Shown one piece after another: positions 1-10,079 of a DNA stretch of 64,000 nt. Under the pieces are notes generated by a model that searched no databases, had not been told where the DNA came from, and worked only from the letters and a program-made list of their open reading frames with translations. Both the position numbers and the translations under genes were made by a program. Source of the DNA: a virus; IMG/VR virus record IMGVR_UViG_3300020185_000013, positions 32,001 through 96,000 of that record. One strand, given 5' to 3'. Each line of letters opens with the position of its first letter. The first letter of the stretch is position 1.

Positions 1-2
1 GG

Positions 3-212
3 ACAGATGATTCTGAACCAGCAGTTCGTGGAGAAACACTATCAAAGCTTCTACAAAAAATGCTTGATTTTATTACAACACATACACACACTTCACCAAC
101 AGGACCAACAACGCCTCCACTGCCTCCTGTTTCAATACAGGGTAAAGCACTAAAGAGTCAACTTGGTCAAAATTCAGGAGAGGGTAAAATTAAACAGAAA
201 TCAACACCTTAA
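3..212 (+). CDS. Baseplate central spike protein (gp5/gpV-like), C-terminal end, partial
   Basis: My translation of frame 3, absent from the ORF track: ...EPAVRGETLSKLLQKMLDFITTHTHTSPTGPTTPP...KSTP*. The HxH motif followed by GPT is typical of spike tips. Confidence 0.65.
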   Translation, partial: TDDSEPAVRGETLSKLLQKMLDFITTHTHTSPTGPTTPPLPPVSIQGKALKSQLGQNSGEGKIKQKSTP

Positions 213-213
213 A

Positions 214-1311
214 ATGGCAGATCAAAAAACAGGAGATGATACAGGGGTAGGTACACTTAACGATGGGAATAGTGGAGCACCGACCGGAGCACCTTCTACG
301 CCTTCATTCGGTGGCGGTGGAGGAATACCAACTCCAACCGGAACTCCAGGCGGCTCTGGAACTCCAGGCGGCTCTGGAACACCGGCAGGTACTGGAACAC
401 CGGCAGGTACTGGAACACCAACAGGTACTGGTGGAAACCCAGGTTCTACTGCAACTGCTTCACCACCAAGTCCATTTCCCCCAGGATCTAATTTAAGCGC
501 AGCACTTGATTCTTTTCTAAATAAAGGTGGAGATGGTTTACCTTCATATGAAGATGTCGTCGGTATTTTTATTGCAACTAAAGTTGGAATGAATGAAATT
601 AAAAGACAAAATCCTCAAATTGCAGATGCTGACTTTAAGGTTGAAATTGATAGTTTAAAAGATTACTATATGAATGGTGCTGGAAAAGAGGCACTCGAAG
701 GAAAATATAAAGACTTAAAAGCATCTCTTGGAAAGGCAAAAGAAATAGCAATTAAACTTCCGATTATAGCAACTCAAGCAATTGCAAGTTCAGTTCTTCC
801 AGGTACGATAGGTATTGGAGTTCCTAACTTTGCAAAAATGGCGCTAGACCTAAAAGTAAGTACCGGTCAAATTAAAGAGGTTATTAATGACTTTTTAGTA
901 ACAGTTGCGACAGTATTAAAACTTGCAGGTCAACTTGGTATTTCTAATAGCGGTCCAATTAAGCAACTTGGCAATATTGCTCGACCGCTTTTAAAATCGG
1001 CTCAAAAAATGGACAATGCTGAAAAGAAAGCAGATGCAAAAGAGGAAGAAGCAAATAACCCACAGCCTCCGTTTAAATATGTTATTGGTGATGAAACATT
1101 TACTGAAGCAAGCATTGAAGAACTCTTACAAAAGGAAGAGTTTTCTTATATTACTGGATGGCCACTTTCCGATACAAACATCAGTTCAATGAATGCCCAA
1201 TACAGTACCTTAATTAAATATGGTAATGGAGAAGTTGCAGACCAATTGTTAAAAGAATTAAATGTACTTAAAGCATATGATGCGTGGTATCGAGAAAACC
1301 ACAGTAATTAA
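214..1311 (+). CDS. Hypothetical protein with G/T/P low-complexity N-terminus, probably virion-associated
   Basis: ATG at 214 lies 1 nt after the spike stop, a better start than TTG 163. No family recognised. Confidence 0.6.
   Translation: MADQKTGDDTGVGTLNDGNSGAPTGAPSTPSFGGGGGIPTPTGTPGGSGTPGGSGTPAGTGTPAGTGTPTGTGGNPGSTATASPPSPFPPGSNLSAALDSFLNKGGDGLPSYEDVVGIFIATKVGMNEIKRQNPQIADADFKVEIDSLKDYYMNGAGKEALEGKYKDLKASLGKAKEIAIKLPIIATQAIASSVLPGTIGIGVPNFAKMALDLKVSTGQIKEVINDFLVTVATVLKLAGQLGISNSGPIKQLGNIARPLLKSAQKMDNAEKKADAKEEEANNPQPPFKYVIGDETFTEASIEELLQKEEFSYITGWPLSDTNISSMNAQYSTLIKYGNGEVADQLLKELNVLKAYDAWYRENHSN
340..429 (+). repeat. 5 x 18-nt coding tandem repeat (GTPGGS x2, GTPAGT x2, GTPTGT)
   Basis: ggaactccaggcggctct x2, ggaacaccggcaggtact x2, ggaacaccaacaggtact. 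Confidence 0.9.
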
Positions 1312-1313
1312 CG

Positions 1314-1321
1314 AATATATA
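1314..1321 (+). promoter_or_regulatory. Putative late promoter (AATATATA) before S1 gene
   Basis: Matches the RATAWATA motif recurring before virion genes. Confidence 0.55.
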
Positions 1322-1350
1322 CTTAGTCTCACTTTTTAATTTAAAAATAA

Positions 1351-2640
1351 ATGTCAGAAAACAAAAGAAAGCGCCTAACCAAGCCAATGGCTGGTGAAGC
1401 AATCGTAGAAGAAACAGTAACTGTTGAATCTAACGAAGAAAGAGTAGAAGAAGAATCTTGGTTAAATGAAGATGGAACATTTAACTGGGATGGCTACGAA
1501 TCAACGTGTATTACTAACACTCGAAAACCAAATCCACACATCAAAACTAATGGTAAAGACAGAGTATTCTGTAGAGAACCATATGCCCAAAAACATTACG
1601 ATATTTATGCTGGACATGAAAGTGTTCAAAACATGCGAGTGCATGTAAATGTTGGCGACATCGTTGATGGTAGAGTATATGCAGTTTCTTCAGAATGGAT
1701 GACGCTTGATGTAGATTATCGCGAGATGATTTACGTTAAGTTATCAAAAGAACCTGCACACATACTTGAGGACTACAAACCAGGTGATGAGGTATCAGTA
1801 TTAATCACAAGCGACGGATACGATACTGCAAGTAACAATGCTCACATTACTGGATCTGTTTCGGGTGGTATGAAGCAAAGAGTCTTTAGAGACCTACAAT
1901 CCGGAGTTGATACTGCAGATACTGCATGGGTTGGTAGAGTTAGCCACATGATTGAGAATGGTGGTTATATCGTAGCTATTCAAGGTGTTGAGTGTTTTAT
2001 GCCAGGTTCATTAGCTGGAATTAATAAACTACATGACTTTGAATCTATTATTGGACAAGAAATGTATGTTGTTCCAGTGTCGTTCTCACCAGAAAGAGGT
2101 ACAATCGTAGTTTCTCACCGTAAGTATTTACAAGCAATGATTCCAACCGAGATTCAGAATCTTAAAGCTGCAATCGAAGATAATCATTTAGGTGAAGTAA
2201 CAGGTACTGCTAAATATGGAGTCTTTGTTGAGTTTAATACTTGTCTAACTGGTATGATTCACGTTAATGATTTAGATGAAGAAACAATGAAGAAATTCAA
2301 GGCAAGAGAAATCAAGCCCGGAGATTCAATTAGTTTCTGGATTAAAGACATCATTAGTAACACGAAGATTACACTAAGCCAAAAAGCTGAATCAATTGAT
2401 AATCCATGGTCAGATGTTGACAAAAAGTTCAAAGTACCATGTAATGTTGAAGCAACTGTAAAAACTAAAAAGGACTATGGTCTATTCATTAGCGTTGAAG
2501 AAGGTTTAGTTGGTTTATTGCATGTTAGCGAACTTGAAGATGGAATTATGGATCTATATAATCCAGGTGATAAAATTACCGTACAGATTAATAGAATCGA
2601 TAAGGCTGCTCAAAAGATCTTCCTTAAATTACCAGAATAA
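1351..2640 (+). CDS. rpsA: Ribosomal protein S1 (bS1) homologue, four S1/OB domains
   Basis: Four S1 repeats: VGDIVDGRV, GGYIVAIQGVECFMPGSL, KYGVFVEF..TGMIHVNDL, DYGLFISVEEGLVGLLHVSEL..PGDKITVQINRID. N-terminal FNWDGYE resembles Bacteroidota S1. Confidence 0.85.
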   Translation: MSENKRKRLTKPMAGEAIVEETVTVESNEERVEEESWLNEDGTFNWDGYESTCITNTRKPNPHIKTNGKDRVFCREPYAQKHYDIYAGHESVQNMRVHVNVGDIVDGRVYAVSSEWMTLDVDYREMIYVKLSKEPAHILEDYKPGDEVSVLITSDGYDTASNNAHITGSVSGGMKQRVFRDLQSGVDTADTAWVGRVSHMIENGGYIVAIQGVECFMPGSLAGINKLHDFESIIGQEMYVVPVSFSPERGTIVVSHRKYLQAMIPTEIQNLKAAIEDNHLGEVTGTAKYGVFVEFNTCLTGMIHVNDLDEETMKKFKAREIKPGDSISFWIKDIISNTKITLSQKAESIDNPWSDVDKKFKVPCNVEATVKTKKDYGLFISVEEGLVGLLHVSELEDGIMDLYNPGDKITVQINRIDKAAQKIFLKLPE

Positions 2641-2660
2641 TTTAACACATCTCTGAATGT

Positions 2661-2668
2661 GATATATA
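2661..2668 (+). promoter_or_regulatory. Putative late promoter GATATATA
   Basis: Recurrent motif in an intergenic gap. Confidence 0.6.
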
Positions 2669-2699
2669 CTTAATAAGTGTATAATATCATAATCAGTCG

Positions 2700-4010
2700 A
2701 TGCAGACATTAAATAGAAATTCTGATAAATTGTCAATCTTAAACGCCTCACAGATAGGTGTTGAGTTTGAATTTTATTCTAATCACGGCATAGAAGAAAC
2801 GAGAGATATGCTCAAAGTTCTTCTAGGTCGTGATATTCGTATAGAAACGAAGGCCCACTCTGACTTCCAACCAGACGATAAAACGTTTAAAATGGAACCA
2901 GATATGAGTGGTGGCAAAGGTCTAATCGAGCTGGTTACTGGCGCAGTTCCATACAGAAATGCAAGGATCATGATTATTAAGATGCTTGGATGGATTAGAG
3001 AAAATGGCTACACAACTGAAAGATCTTCAATTCACCTAAACCTTTCATTTCAGAAAGACTTCTTAGATGATAAGAATACCATTTCAAAAATGAACACCCT
3101 TAAGTTTATTCTTGAATTTAATGAAGATCAAGTTTACAAGCTTTTCCCAAATAGAAAAGATTCGATTTATGCTAAGTCGATTAAATGGGTAATGCCAAAG
3201 AATGAATCGTTTTATTTTGACGGTTCATTAATTTCTCAAATGAACTTTAACTTCCCAAATACTAAGTACTACGGAATAAACTTTGATAAGAAGATTAAAA
3301 ATTACTTAGAATTTAGATATATTGGAGGAAAAGATTACGAACACAAGCAAGATAGTATTTTGTATCTTGTTGATCGATTTATTGTTCAAACGTGGAAATC
3401 ATGTTCAGAACCTGAGTTCACTGAAACTAATAAAATCGAACTGAAGAAGATTCTTAATAAGAATTTACCACTTAGAGAAATACTCAGCAATTACACAAAC
3501 TTAAAGAAGCACTATCCAAGTATTGATGTTATGGTAGACTTACAAGAAGTAGATGCTGTGATTAGATTACAATGGGATCGAATTAAAAACAAAATAGTTT
3601 CTTTAATCTCACTTGGTGGTATGGTAGAGGGTATCATTAATTATGATTCTGATATTGGTCGAGTACAGGTTAAAGATGGAAAGTTTCCAGTATGCTATGA
3701 AATTGATGGAGTAGATTTAATTGATTGTCATGTAAATGGAAACGTTTTTAATTCAAACATGCATAACAGTGAGGTTACAAGATCAGTACTTAAAACATGT
3801 AATCTGTATAATGGCACTGAGGTTTCAGACTCTAAGATTGAATCTTCTTATGTACATGCAAGCTGTACTGCTAAGAACTGTTATGTGTTTGGTAGGGGTG
3901 GAATTTTTAAAGGTAAAATGATAGGTGGAATCTTCAGGGAAGGATTCATCGATGATAATACAAGATTTGACGAAACAGAAGTTGTCGTCAGTAAAAAAAT
4001 AAATTCGTAA
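2700..4010 (+). CDS. Putative amidoligase (COOH-NH2 ligase fold) with C-terminal beta-helix-like region
   Basis: Motifs IGVEFEF, IELVTG, SSIHLNLS, KYYGINF, LEFRY. Confidence 0.65.
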   Translation: MQTLNRNSDKLSILNASQIGVEFEFYSNHGIEETRDMLKVLLGRDIRIETKAHSDFQPDDKTFKMEPDMSGGKGLIELVTGAVPYRNARIMIIKMLGWIRENGYTTERSSIHLNLSFQKDFLDDKNTISKMNTLKFILEFNEDQVYKLFPNRKDSIYAKSIKWVMPKNESFYFDGSLISQMNFNFPNTKYYGINFDKKIKNYLEFRYIGGKDYEHKQDSILYLVDRFIVQTWKSCSEPEFTETNKIELKKILNKNLPLREILSNYTNLKKHYPSIDVMVDLQEVDAVIRLQWDRIKNKIVSLISLGGMVEGIINYDSDIGRVQVKDGKFPVCYEIDGVDLIDCHVNGNVFNSNMHNSEVTRSVLKTCNLYNGTEVSDSKIESSYVHASCTAKNCYVFGRGGIFKGKMIGGIFREGFIDDNTRFDETEVVVSKKINS

Positions 4011-4011
4011 A

Positions 4012-4851
4012 ATGAGCGAAATTAGAAGTGGTACTAGTGGATTAAGCACTCCAAGAGATTTTGGAACAGACTGTGAAAATGCATTCTTAGATGAATTAGC
4101 AGACGATATCACTGGAGCATGTATGGTTCCAGTAAATCTTCCAACTAGAGAAATCATGAACATTATTAAAAGAGCTAGAAAATGGTTCTATAAGAACTAT
4201 GAATATTCGGTAAGAGAAAACTTCTTCCATATTCCACATAATGTTTTTGAAACTGAATACTTTAGAAAAAATAGATCGGTTTATTTACCAGACACGTCAA
4301 GTACTGGAGCAGGTCAAGTATTCTCAGTTTTTGGACTATGGGATCTTTCTAGTGGATGGAATGGTGGTGGATCTGGACTAGACATCAGATTTACATCATT
4401 AGGAGATTTTGGAATGGAAAGAATGATGTTTAAAGGAGCATATTCTGGTTCTGGTTCAGCTGATTTTGCAGAAAACCTACAGTACTATGTAGTTAATAGA
4501 TCTCTATTCGATCTTTCAAGACAAATCTTAGAAAACCCAATTACATTCTCATTCTCTCAATTAACTGGAGAACTTAAGTTTTTAGGAGACACTCCAAAGG
4601 GTGATGTAATTATTAATGTATATGAAACCATTGAAGATTGTGCACTATACAGCGATGAAATCTTCTTTAGATATTGCTCAGCAAGAATTAAACAGTCTCT
4701 AGGAGCTAAACTTGGAATCTTTAAGTTTGCACTTCCTGGAAATGTTGACTTTGATTATGACGCGATCAAATCAATGGGAGACGAAGAATTAGCAGAAATT
4801 AAAGAGGAAATCAAGGGCGACGAAGGAGTTGACTGGATGTTCCACGGCTAA
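4012..4851 (+). CDS. gp13: Neck protein, T4 gp13-like
   Basis: C-terminal RYCSARIKQSLG..FALPGNVDFDYDAIKSMGDEE matches the gp13 pattern. Confidence 0.7.
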   Translation: MSEIRSGTSGLSTPRDFGTDCENAFLDELADDITGACMVPVNLPTREIMNIIKRARKWFYKNYEYSVRENFFHIPHNVFETEYFRKNRSVYLPDTSSTGAGQVFSVFGLWDLSSGWNGGGSGLDIRFTSLGDFGMERMMFKGAYSGSGSADFAENLQYYVVNRSLFDLSRQILENPITFSFSQLTGELKFLGDTPKGDVIINVYETIEDCALYSDEIFFRYCSARIKQSLGAKLGIFKFALPGNVDFDYDAIKSMGDEELAEIKEEIKGDEGVDWMFHG

Positions 4852-4867
4852 TTATAATAAATAGAAT

Positions 4868-5224
4868 ATGGAACTGTATATTAAGACCATTGGCGACCCC
4901 AATCATAATCCAACTGAAGTTCATTCAAAAAATGAAATTGACCAGTTGATTACGCAGATTGAAACTATCCTCTTCACTAATAAAGGAGAGGTCTTAGGGG
5001 ATTCTGATTTTGGTTGCAGTTTAAATGACCTACTATATGAACTTAATGCAAATGAGTTCGTTGTAAAAAATGAAATAGACAAACAAATAGCAAGATATTG
5101 TCCACTTGCTTCTAAATATAGAGTCGACGCTGAAGTTAATTTTATTAGAGGAGAGGTAAGAGACGAAGCATTTATTGACATTACAATCGATAGCCAATAT
5201 ATGATATCAGTGTCAAGTTTATAA
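4868..5224 (+). CDS. gp25: Baseplate wedge subunit gp25-like
   Basis: IETILFTNKGEVLGDSDFGCSL..LLYE signature, 118 aa. Confidence 0.85.
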   Translation: MELYIKTIGDPNHNPTEVHSKNEIDQLITQIETILFTNKGEVLGDSDFGCSLNDLLYELNANEFVVKNEIDKQIARYCPLASKYRVDAEVNFIRGEVRDEAFIDITIDSQYMISVSSL

Positions 5225-5239
5225 AAAATTAATTAGATA

Positions 5240-7069
5240 ATGGCCGAACAAAAATTTCTAAATAAGACGAGGATAATTGCTTCTCAGATCTTTGATGATA
5301 CTAGAACTTATATTTCTAGAATCTACAAAAGATCAGGCACTTTATTCACTAACGCTTCGCCCTTTGCTCAAATCCTGAGGGTTCTTTCAGAGATTTCTGA
5401 GCTATTATTATTCTATGTTGAAGATTCTACTGTAGAACAAAACATATACACAGCACAACAATCAGAATCAATCTATGGACTTGCTAGACTTGCTGGACAT
5501 GATGCAACTAGAGGATTTGCGGCTACTGGTGAACTTGCAATTAGAATCAACCCACAGTCAGGTGCCCTAACTAATTTAGCAGGAGATGGGATCTCGATTC
5601 CAGCAAACACTGAACTTAAATTTGATGCAAACGGACTTTCTTATATGCTAAGAACATCAAGAGATGCATTTAGAATTAATAAGAATCAAAGAGAACAAAT
5701 TAAAGTTGTTATTGTACAGGGTAGATCAGAAACTCAAAGTGTTACTGGTGATGGTGAATCATTTCAAAGTTACAATATTCAAACTGGAGGAACAACAGAT
5801 CATAACCTAGTAAAAGTATCGGTTAACGGAGAACAATGGACTAAATTCAATTCAGTTTATGAAATGAATGCCGGAGATAAAGGGTTTATTGTTAAAACTG
5901 GTATCAGTGGAGGTTTAGATGTTTACTTTGGTACTAATAATTTTGGTACAATTCCAGTTAATGGTTCTATTATTGATATTGAGTACATTATTCATGATGG
6001 GGCAAACGGTAATATTGAAGATGCTGAAGACTTAACAATTAAATGGATTGATGAAGGTCAAGATAGTGCCGGTAACTTTTATGACCTAAACGAAATCCTG
6101 TCAGTTGAAGTTACATCATCTCCGAAAATGGGAGCTGACCCAGAATCTACTGAGTTTACAAAGGTAATTGCACCACTTGCGTCAAAGTCATTTGTATTAG
6201 CAACTCCAGATAACTATGAGTACTTCCTATCAAGATATGGTATTTTCTCATATATTGATGCATACAATACCGCTGATGATGGTTATATCGACGATGACAA
6301 TGTAATCTATATTTTTGCAGTACCTGATATTAAGAGAAAACTTGCAAAGAATCAAGACTACTTCTCAATTCCACAGCAAGAAATGTTCTTTGACCAGAAT
6401 GAATATGATAAAATGACACAGGTTCTACAAGATAGTGGTCAAATGATGGTTACAACTGAAGTTAAATTTGTTAAACCACAGGTTAGAAAATATGCAATGG
6501 ATATTTCAGTTAGATATTTTGAAGGGTTTAGTAAAGAAAACATTGCAAATGATATTAGAGTAGCAATTTCTGAATACTTATTAAATATCACAAGAAGGGA
6601 TAAATTACCGAAGAGTGATATTATTTATATCCTAGAAGGAATTGAAGGGGTTGATGCAGTAAACGTTCAATTTAGAAGCGAAACTGAAGAAACTGCTAGA
6701 AGACTAGGTTACTATGAATCAGTTACAACTACAATTGCAGCACAGGAACCAGTAACGCTTGAAGATATTGGTAATGGTAAACAAAAGTACGTATTCTTTA
6801 AGAAAATTGAAGAGGTTACTAAAGTGAATGTTGCTGAAAATGATTCAATTCCAGCCGATATTGTAGGTCTAGATCAATGGGGTGATATTATCCTAGACAA
6901 AGAAGAAATTGCAGTATTCAGAGGAGGTTGGCAAGATCGCGATGGGGATGAAATCAAAGATGAGCCAGCAATTAATGAAGAATCATGTCTTTCTATAAAC
7001 TTCGATGGTACTCCAGTACCAAGAAAGATTTATACAAGAGTACAGACATCAAATAGAAAAGCACTATAA
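5240..7069 (+). CDS. gp6: Baseplate wedge protein gp6 / baseplate J-like
   Basis: SIYGLARLAG, VYFG..NFG, VLATPDNYE; directly after gp25. Confidence 0.75.
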   Translation: MAEQKFLNKTRIIASQIFDDTRTYISRIYKRSGTLFTNASPFAQILRVLSEISELLLFYVEDSTVEQNIYTAQQSESIYGLARLAGHDATRGFAATGELAIRINPQSGALTNLAGDGISIPANTELKFDANGLSYMLRTSRDAFRINKNQREQIKVVIVQGRSETQSVTGDGESFQSYNIQTGGTTDHNLVKVSVNGEQWTKFNSVYEMNAGDKGFIVKTGISGGLDVYFGTNNFGTIPVNGSIIDIEYIIHDGANGNIEDAEDLTIKWIDEGQDSAGNFYDLNEILSVEVTSSPKMGADPESTEFTKVIAPLASKSFVLATPDNYEYFLSRYGIFSYIDAYNTADDGYIDDDNVIYIFAVPDIKRKLAKNQDYFSIPQQEMFFDQNEYDKMTQVLQDSGQMMVTTEVKFVKPQVRKYAMDISVRYFEGFSKENIANDIRVAISEYLLNITRRDKLPKSDIIYILEGIEGVDAVNVQFRSETEETARRLGYYESVTTTIAAQEPVTLEDIGNGKQKYVFFKKIEEVTKVNVAENDSIPADIVGLDQWGDIILDKEEIAVFRGGWQDRDGDEIKDEPAINEESCLSINFDGTPVPRKIYTRVQTSNRKAL

Positions 7070-7341
7070 TGGAATCTTTATATAAAGGACTATTAAAATA
7101 TAAACTAAAGAAGCTTTATTCTAGCAGAAAAACTAGAAAGGATAATCGTTTAAACTTAGGTTATGATTACTCTGAAAGTTTGATGCAAAGAAACATGTCT
7201 TCTCATGTTCTGAGAAACCAGACAATAAGCGACTTTATTAGTTTTATTAATGATTATTTAATGAATCTAATCCGATCAATAAAGATGATGCAACAGTACA
7301 AAAACTATACTGTTAAAAAAGACGACACAAACGTTAAATAA
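7069..7341 (+). CDS. Small hypothetical baseplate-module protein
   Basis: Coupled by TAATG overlaps on both sides. Confidence 0.55.
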   Translation: MESLYKGLLKYKLKKLYSSRKTRKDNRLNLGYDYSESLMQRNMSSHVLRNQTISDFISFINDYLMNLIRSIKMMQQYKNYTVKKDDTNVK

Positions 7342-10070
7342 TGTTTGATAACTTAAAGATATTTAAAGGAACTGATCATGTTCTAGATACAACAGTAGAC
7401 CAGAATGGTGTACTGAAAACTTCTGTGTATCTTGATGAGGTTTCTACTGGACTATATGAGTCGGCAACATTATTCTTTTTAGAAGATGTTGAATATAATA
7501 GTGTTCGCTATTTAAATAGACCACTATCAGACACTCAAACTGCAGGTGAATTTGTATTCAAATGGAAAAATGATTCTTATTCCTCAGATGATCTGATAAT
7601 GTATACTGCAAAGGTTGAAAATGGGTTGACCAAAATTAACGTTGAAACTAATCAGCAAATTTCAATCCTTGATAATTCAACTGTTACCAGTACAATCAAT
7701 GGAGTAAAGCAGGTTTCAAGCGTAAATAATGAGGCGGTACAAGTTAACGTTGCTCTTAATTCTGAAGATGAAGGAAGACACGAGAACACCCTTCTAGTGT
7801 ATTATAACGATGGAGCAACAAGTACACACATTGCGAGTATCTTTTTCTACGGTGAGGTTGTAGGTGAAGATGAGAGGTTAAGAGTCCTATTACAAAACTT
7901 AGGAGCCAGTCTAGATGAAGGTGACTTTATCTTATTTAAGGAGCATGATATTACTGAAATGGCTCCTGACTATATTTTATTAAACCAAAAAAGAAGAGAG
8001 CTCTTATTAGAATTAGCAAACATAAAACCATTTATTGGAACTTACAAAGCTATTCTAAATGCAATTGATTTCTTTGGTTATAATAATTTGACCCTAAAAG
8101 AGTATTGGTTAAACATTAATACTGGAAGTAGTTCATTTGGTAAACTACACGCAATTCCAGTAACAGGTTCAAGTCAATATGGAGATGCGGTTAGAAAAAA
8201 GATTAGTGTTGAGGTTCCTTCAAGCAACCTAAAGAAAACCAGTAGGTTTAGTTTGGTATACCGTTTAAATGTTGTCAATGGAGAATATGATGAATGGGAT
8301 TACCCAAAGGTTGAAGAAGTTTTTGAGTTTACGCCAGAAGAGGTACTAATTAAGTTATATGGTCTAAAGTCAAAGTTACAGAGAGAATACCTTCCATTAA
8401 ATGCTAAAATTATTGATATTGTTGCTGAAGGTGATTACTTTACACAAAAGAACCTAAACATTTGGAATAACCAAAATGCAATTGCCTTCTTTACTGAAGG
8501 ACATGACATTGATTTTGAGCTATTCCCAACACAACGAAAACTATTTATTGAGGACGTATCACTAGTCTTAAAGAAAGTGTACGATCCAAATAATATTACA
8601 AGTGGAGATTACCAAAAGTATCATGATTTATTAGCAACTGATTTTAGTGAGTATGGAAACTTAACTAACGATCAACTTGCTGATTTAAGAGAGGCAATTG
8701 AGCTATTCTATGCTGGCTATTATAATGATGAGTTAGAAACATTCAATGAGGATATTGAAATTGGATGTCCAGTAATTCTTGACGGTGAAACAACATTTAC
8801 TCAAAGCTGGGAAGAGGCTCAATTTACATGGCAAGATGCAATCGATCCACAAGTTACTTGGAATAACTGGTGGAAGCGTTGGGTATATGAAGTTGAATGG
8901 ATTATTACTGGTCCAAAAGGACTAAGATATGAATTTAAAGGAGACATTGATAACTATTTAAGGTTCCCTGTTTTCTTACCATATGAAGGGTCATATAATG
9001 TTGAAATGAGAACATTTGACCTATTTGGTCACAGATCATATGATGTTAAATATGGTTTAATCGAAGTTGGTTTAAAAGAGGTTGAGTTCTATGGATTCTA
9101 TAAAACTCTTAGAAAAAATACTTGGAATGACAGAGAATCGGTTTCTTGGAAAGAAGTTGGTGGATATTGGGATCTTCCAGTACATAATCCAAACAAGATT
9201 GAAGAATCAAATACAAGTTGGTACTTAGCACTTGACCGAAATAATTATGTTCACGATCCAATCGAAGGACAGAGCGATGATTTTACGACAGTTTCAAGAT
9301 ACGTTGATATTTTCTCAGAGACTGGTTATTCTGAAACTACAGGTCCTTACTACTGGAATAGCGCTAATTATACTTGGAACAATACATCTGATTTATGGTG
9401 GGATGCAACTAGAATCGGATCAGATTTAGCAGCTTCATTTAAAATAGAACCAGTATTTACAGGAAACCCAGTAATTTCGATCGATCATAAAGATCCGATA
9501 ACTGGTCAAATTATATCAGATTCATATCAAATAACTTCTGCAAACCCAGGAGCTAATACTAATATAGCGGATTGGCAAACAGTTGTTGATGAATTAAATA
9601 CATCGACTAATCCAATTATTAGTAAATTTATCTACAATTTAGTCGGTAAAGACAATGATGGTGATGGAGTAGTCGACGTAGTTGCATTTATTCTTGCAGT
9701 TGGTAAAGAAACTAATAAGTACCACGACTTTGAAAGTGTATCGATGTTAGGCGGAACTATTAGTGGAGAGGTACATCAAGTAACCTATAATCCTAACTAC
9801 GATGAAATTGATATCTTTAGTGACTGGAGAATGGTAAATAAATCAACACATATTACATTCTCTCCGGATTATTCAAAGATGCCAGGAATGAAATTGAAAA
9901 AATGGACGATTACCAATAATACATACCCTGATAATAGTGATATATATTATGGTGATATAGTGTTAACATATCTCTTTAGGAATCCAGGAAACTATACAAT
10001 CTCACTAGAGGTTGAAGATACTAATGGAAATGTTAACTCAACACATAGAAACATATTAACAGTAAAATAA
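7341..10070 (+). CDS. Baseplate wedge-like structural protein with C-terminal PKD/Ig-like domain
   Basis: IGTYKAILNAIDFFGY resembles gp7/tail-I type segments. Ends YLFRNPGNYTISLEVEDTNGN (PKD-like). Confidence 0.55.
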   Translation: MFDNLKIFKGTDHVLDTTVDQNGVLKTSVYLDEVSTGLYESATLFFLEDVEYNSVRYLNRPLSDTQTAGEFVFKWKNDSYSSDDLIMYTAKVENGLTKINVETNQQISILDNSTVTSTINGVKQVSSVNNEAVQVNVALNSEDEGRHENTLLVYYNDGATSTHIASIFFYGEVVGEDERLRVLLQNLGASLDEGDFILFKEHDITEMAPDYILLNQKRRELLLELANIKPFIGTYKAILNAIDFFGYNNLTLKEYWLNINTGSSSFGKLHAIPVTGSSQYGDAVRKKISVEVPSSNLKKTSRFSLVYRLNVVNGEYDEWDYPKVEEVFEFTPEEVLIKLYGLKSKLQREYLPLNAKIIDIVAEGDYFTQKNLNIWNNQNAIAFFTEGHDIDFELFPTQRKLFIEDVSLVLKKVYDPNNITSGDYQKYHDLLATDFSEYGNLTNDQLADLREAIELFYAGYYNDELETFNEDIEIGCPVILDGETTFTQSWEEAQFTWQDAIDPQVTWNNWWKRWVYEVEWIITGPKGLRYEFKGDIDNYLRFPVFLPYEGSYNVEMRTFDLFGHRSYDVKYGLIEVGLKEVEFYGFYKTLRKNTWNDRESVSWKEVGGYWDLPVHNPNKIEESNTSWYLALDRNNYVHDPIEGQSDDFTTVSRYVDIFSETGYSETTGPYYWNSANYTWNNTSDLWWDATRIGSDLAASFKIEPVFTGNPVISIDHKDPITGQIISDSYQITSANPGANTNIADWQTVVDELNTSTNPIISKFIYNLVGKDNDGDGVVDVVAFILAVGKETNKYHDFESVSMLGGTISGEVHQVTYNPNYDEIDIFSDWRMVNKSTHITFSPDYSKMPGMKLKKWTITNNTYPDNSDIYYGDIVLTYLFRNPGNYTISLEVEDTNGNVNSTHRNILTVK

Positions 10071-10079
10071 AAACAAAAG

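Noticed and set aside
163-213. TTG starts chosen by the ORF track (163, 28555, 36944, 57887)
   Set aside because: Each overlaps the upstream gene; downstream ATGs (214, 28573, 36956, 57938) give better context and recognisable N-termini
1351-2640. Host chromosomal contamination suggested by rpsA
   Set aside because: Flanked seamlessly by phage virion genes with the same composition and the phage late motif; no other bacterial operon genes
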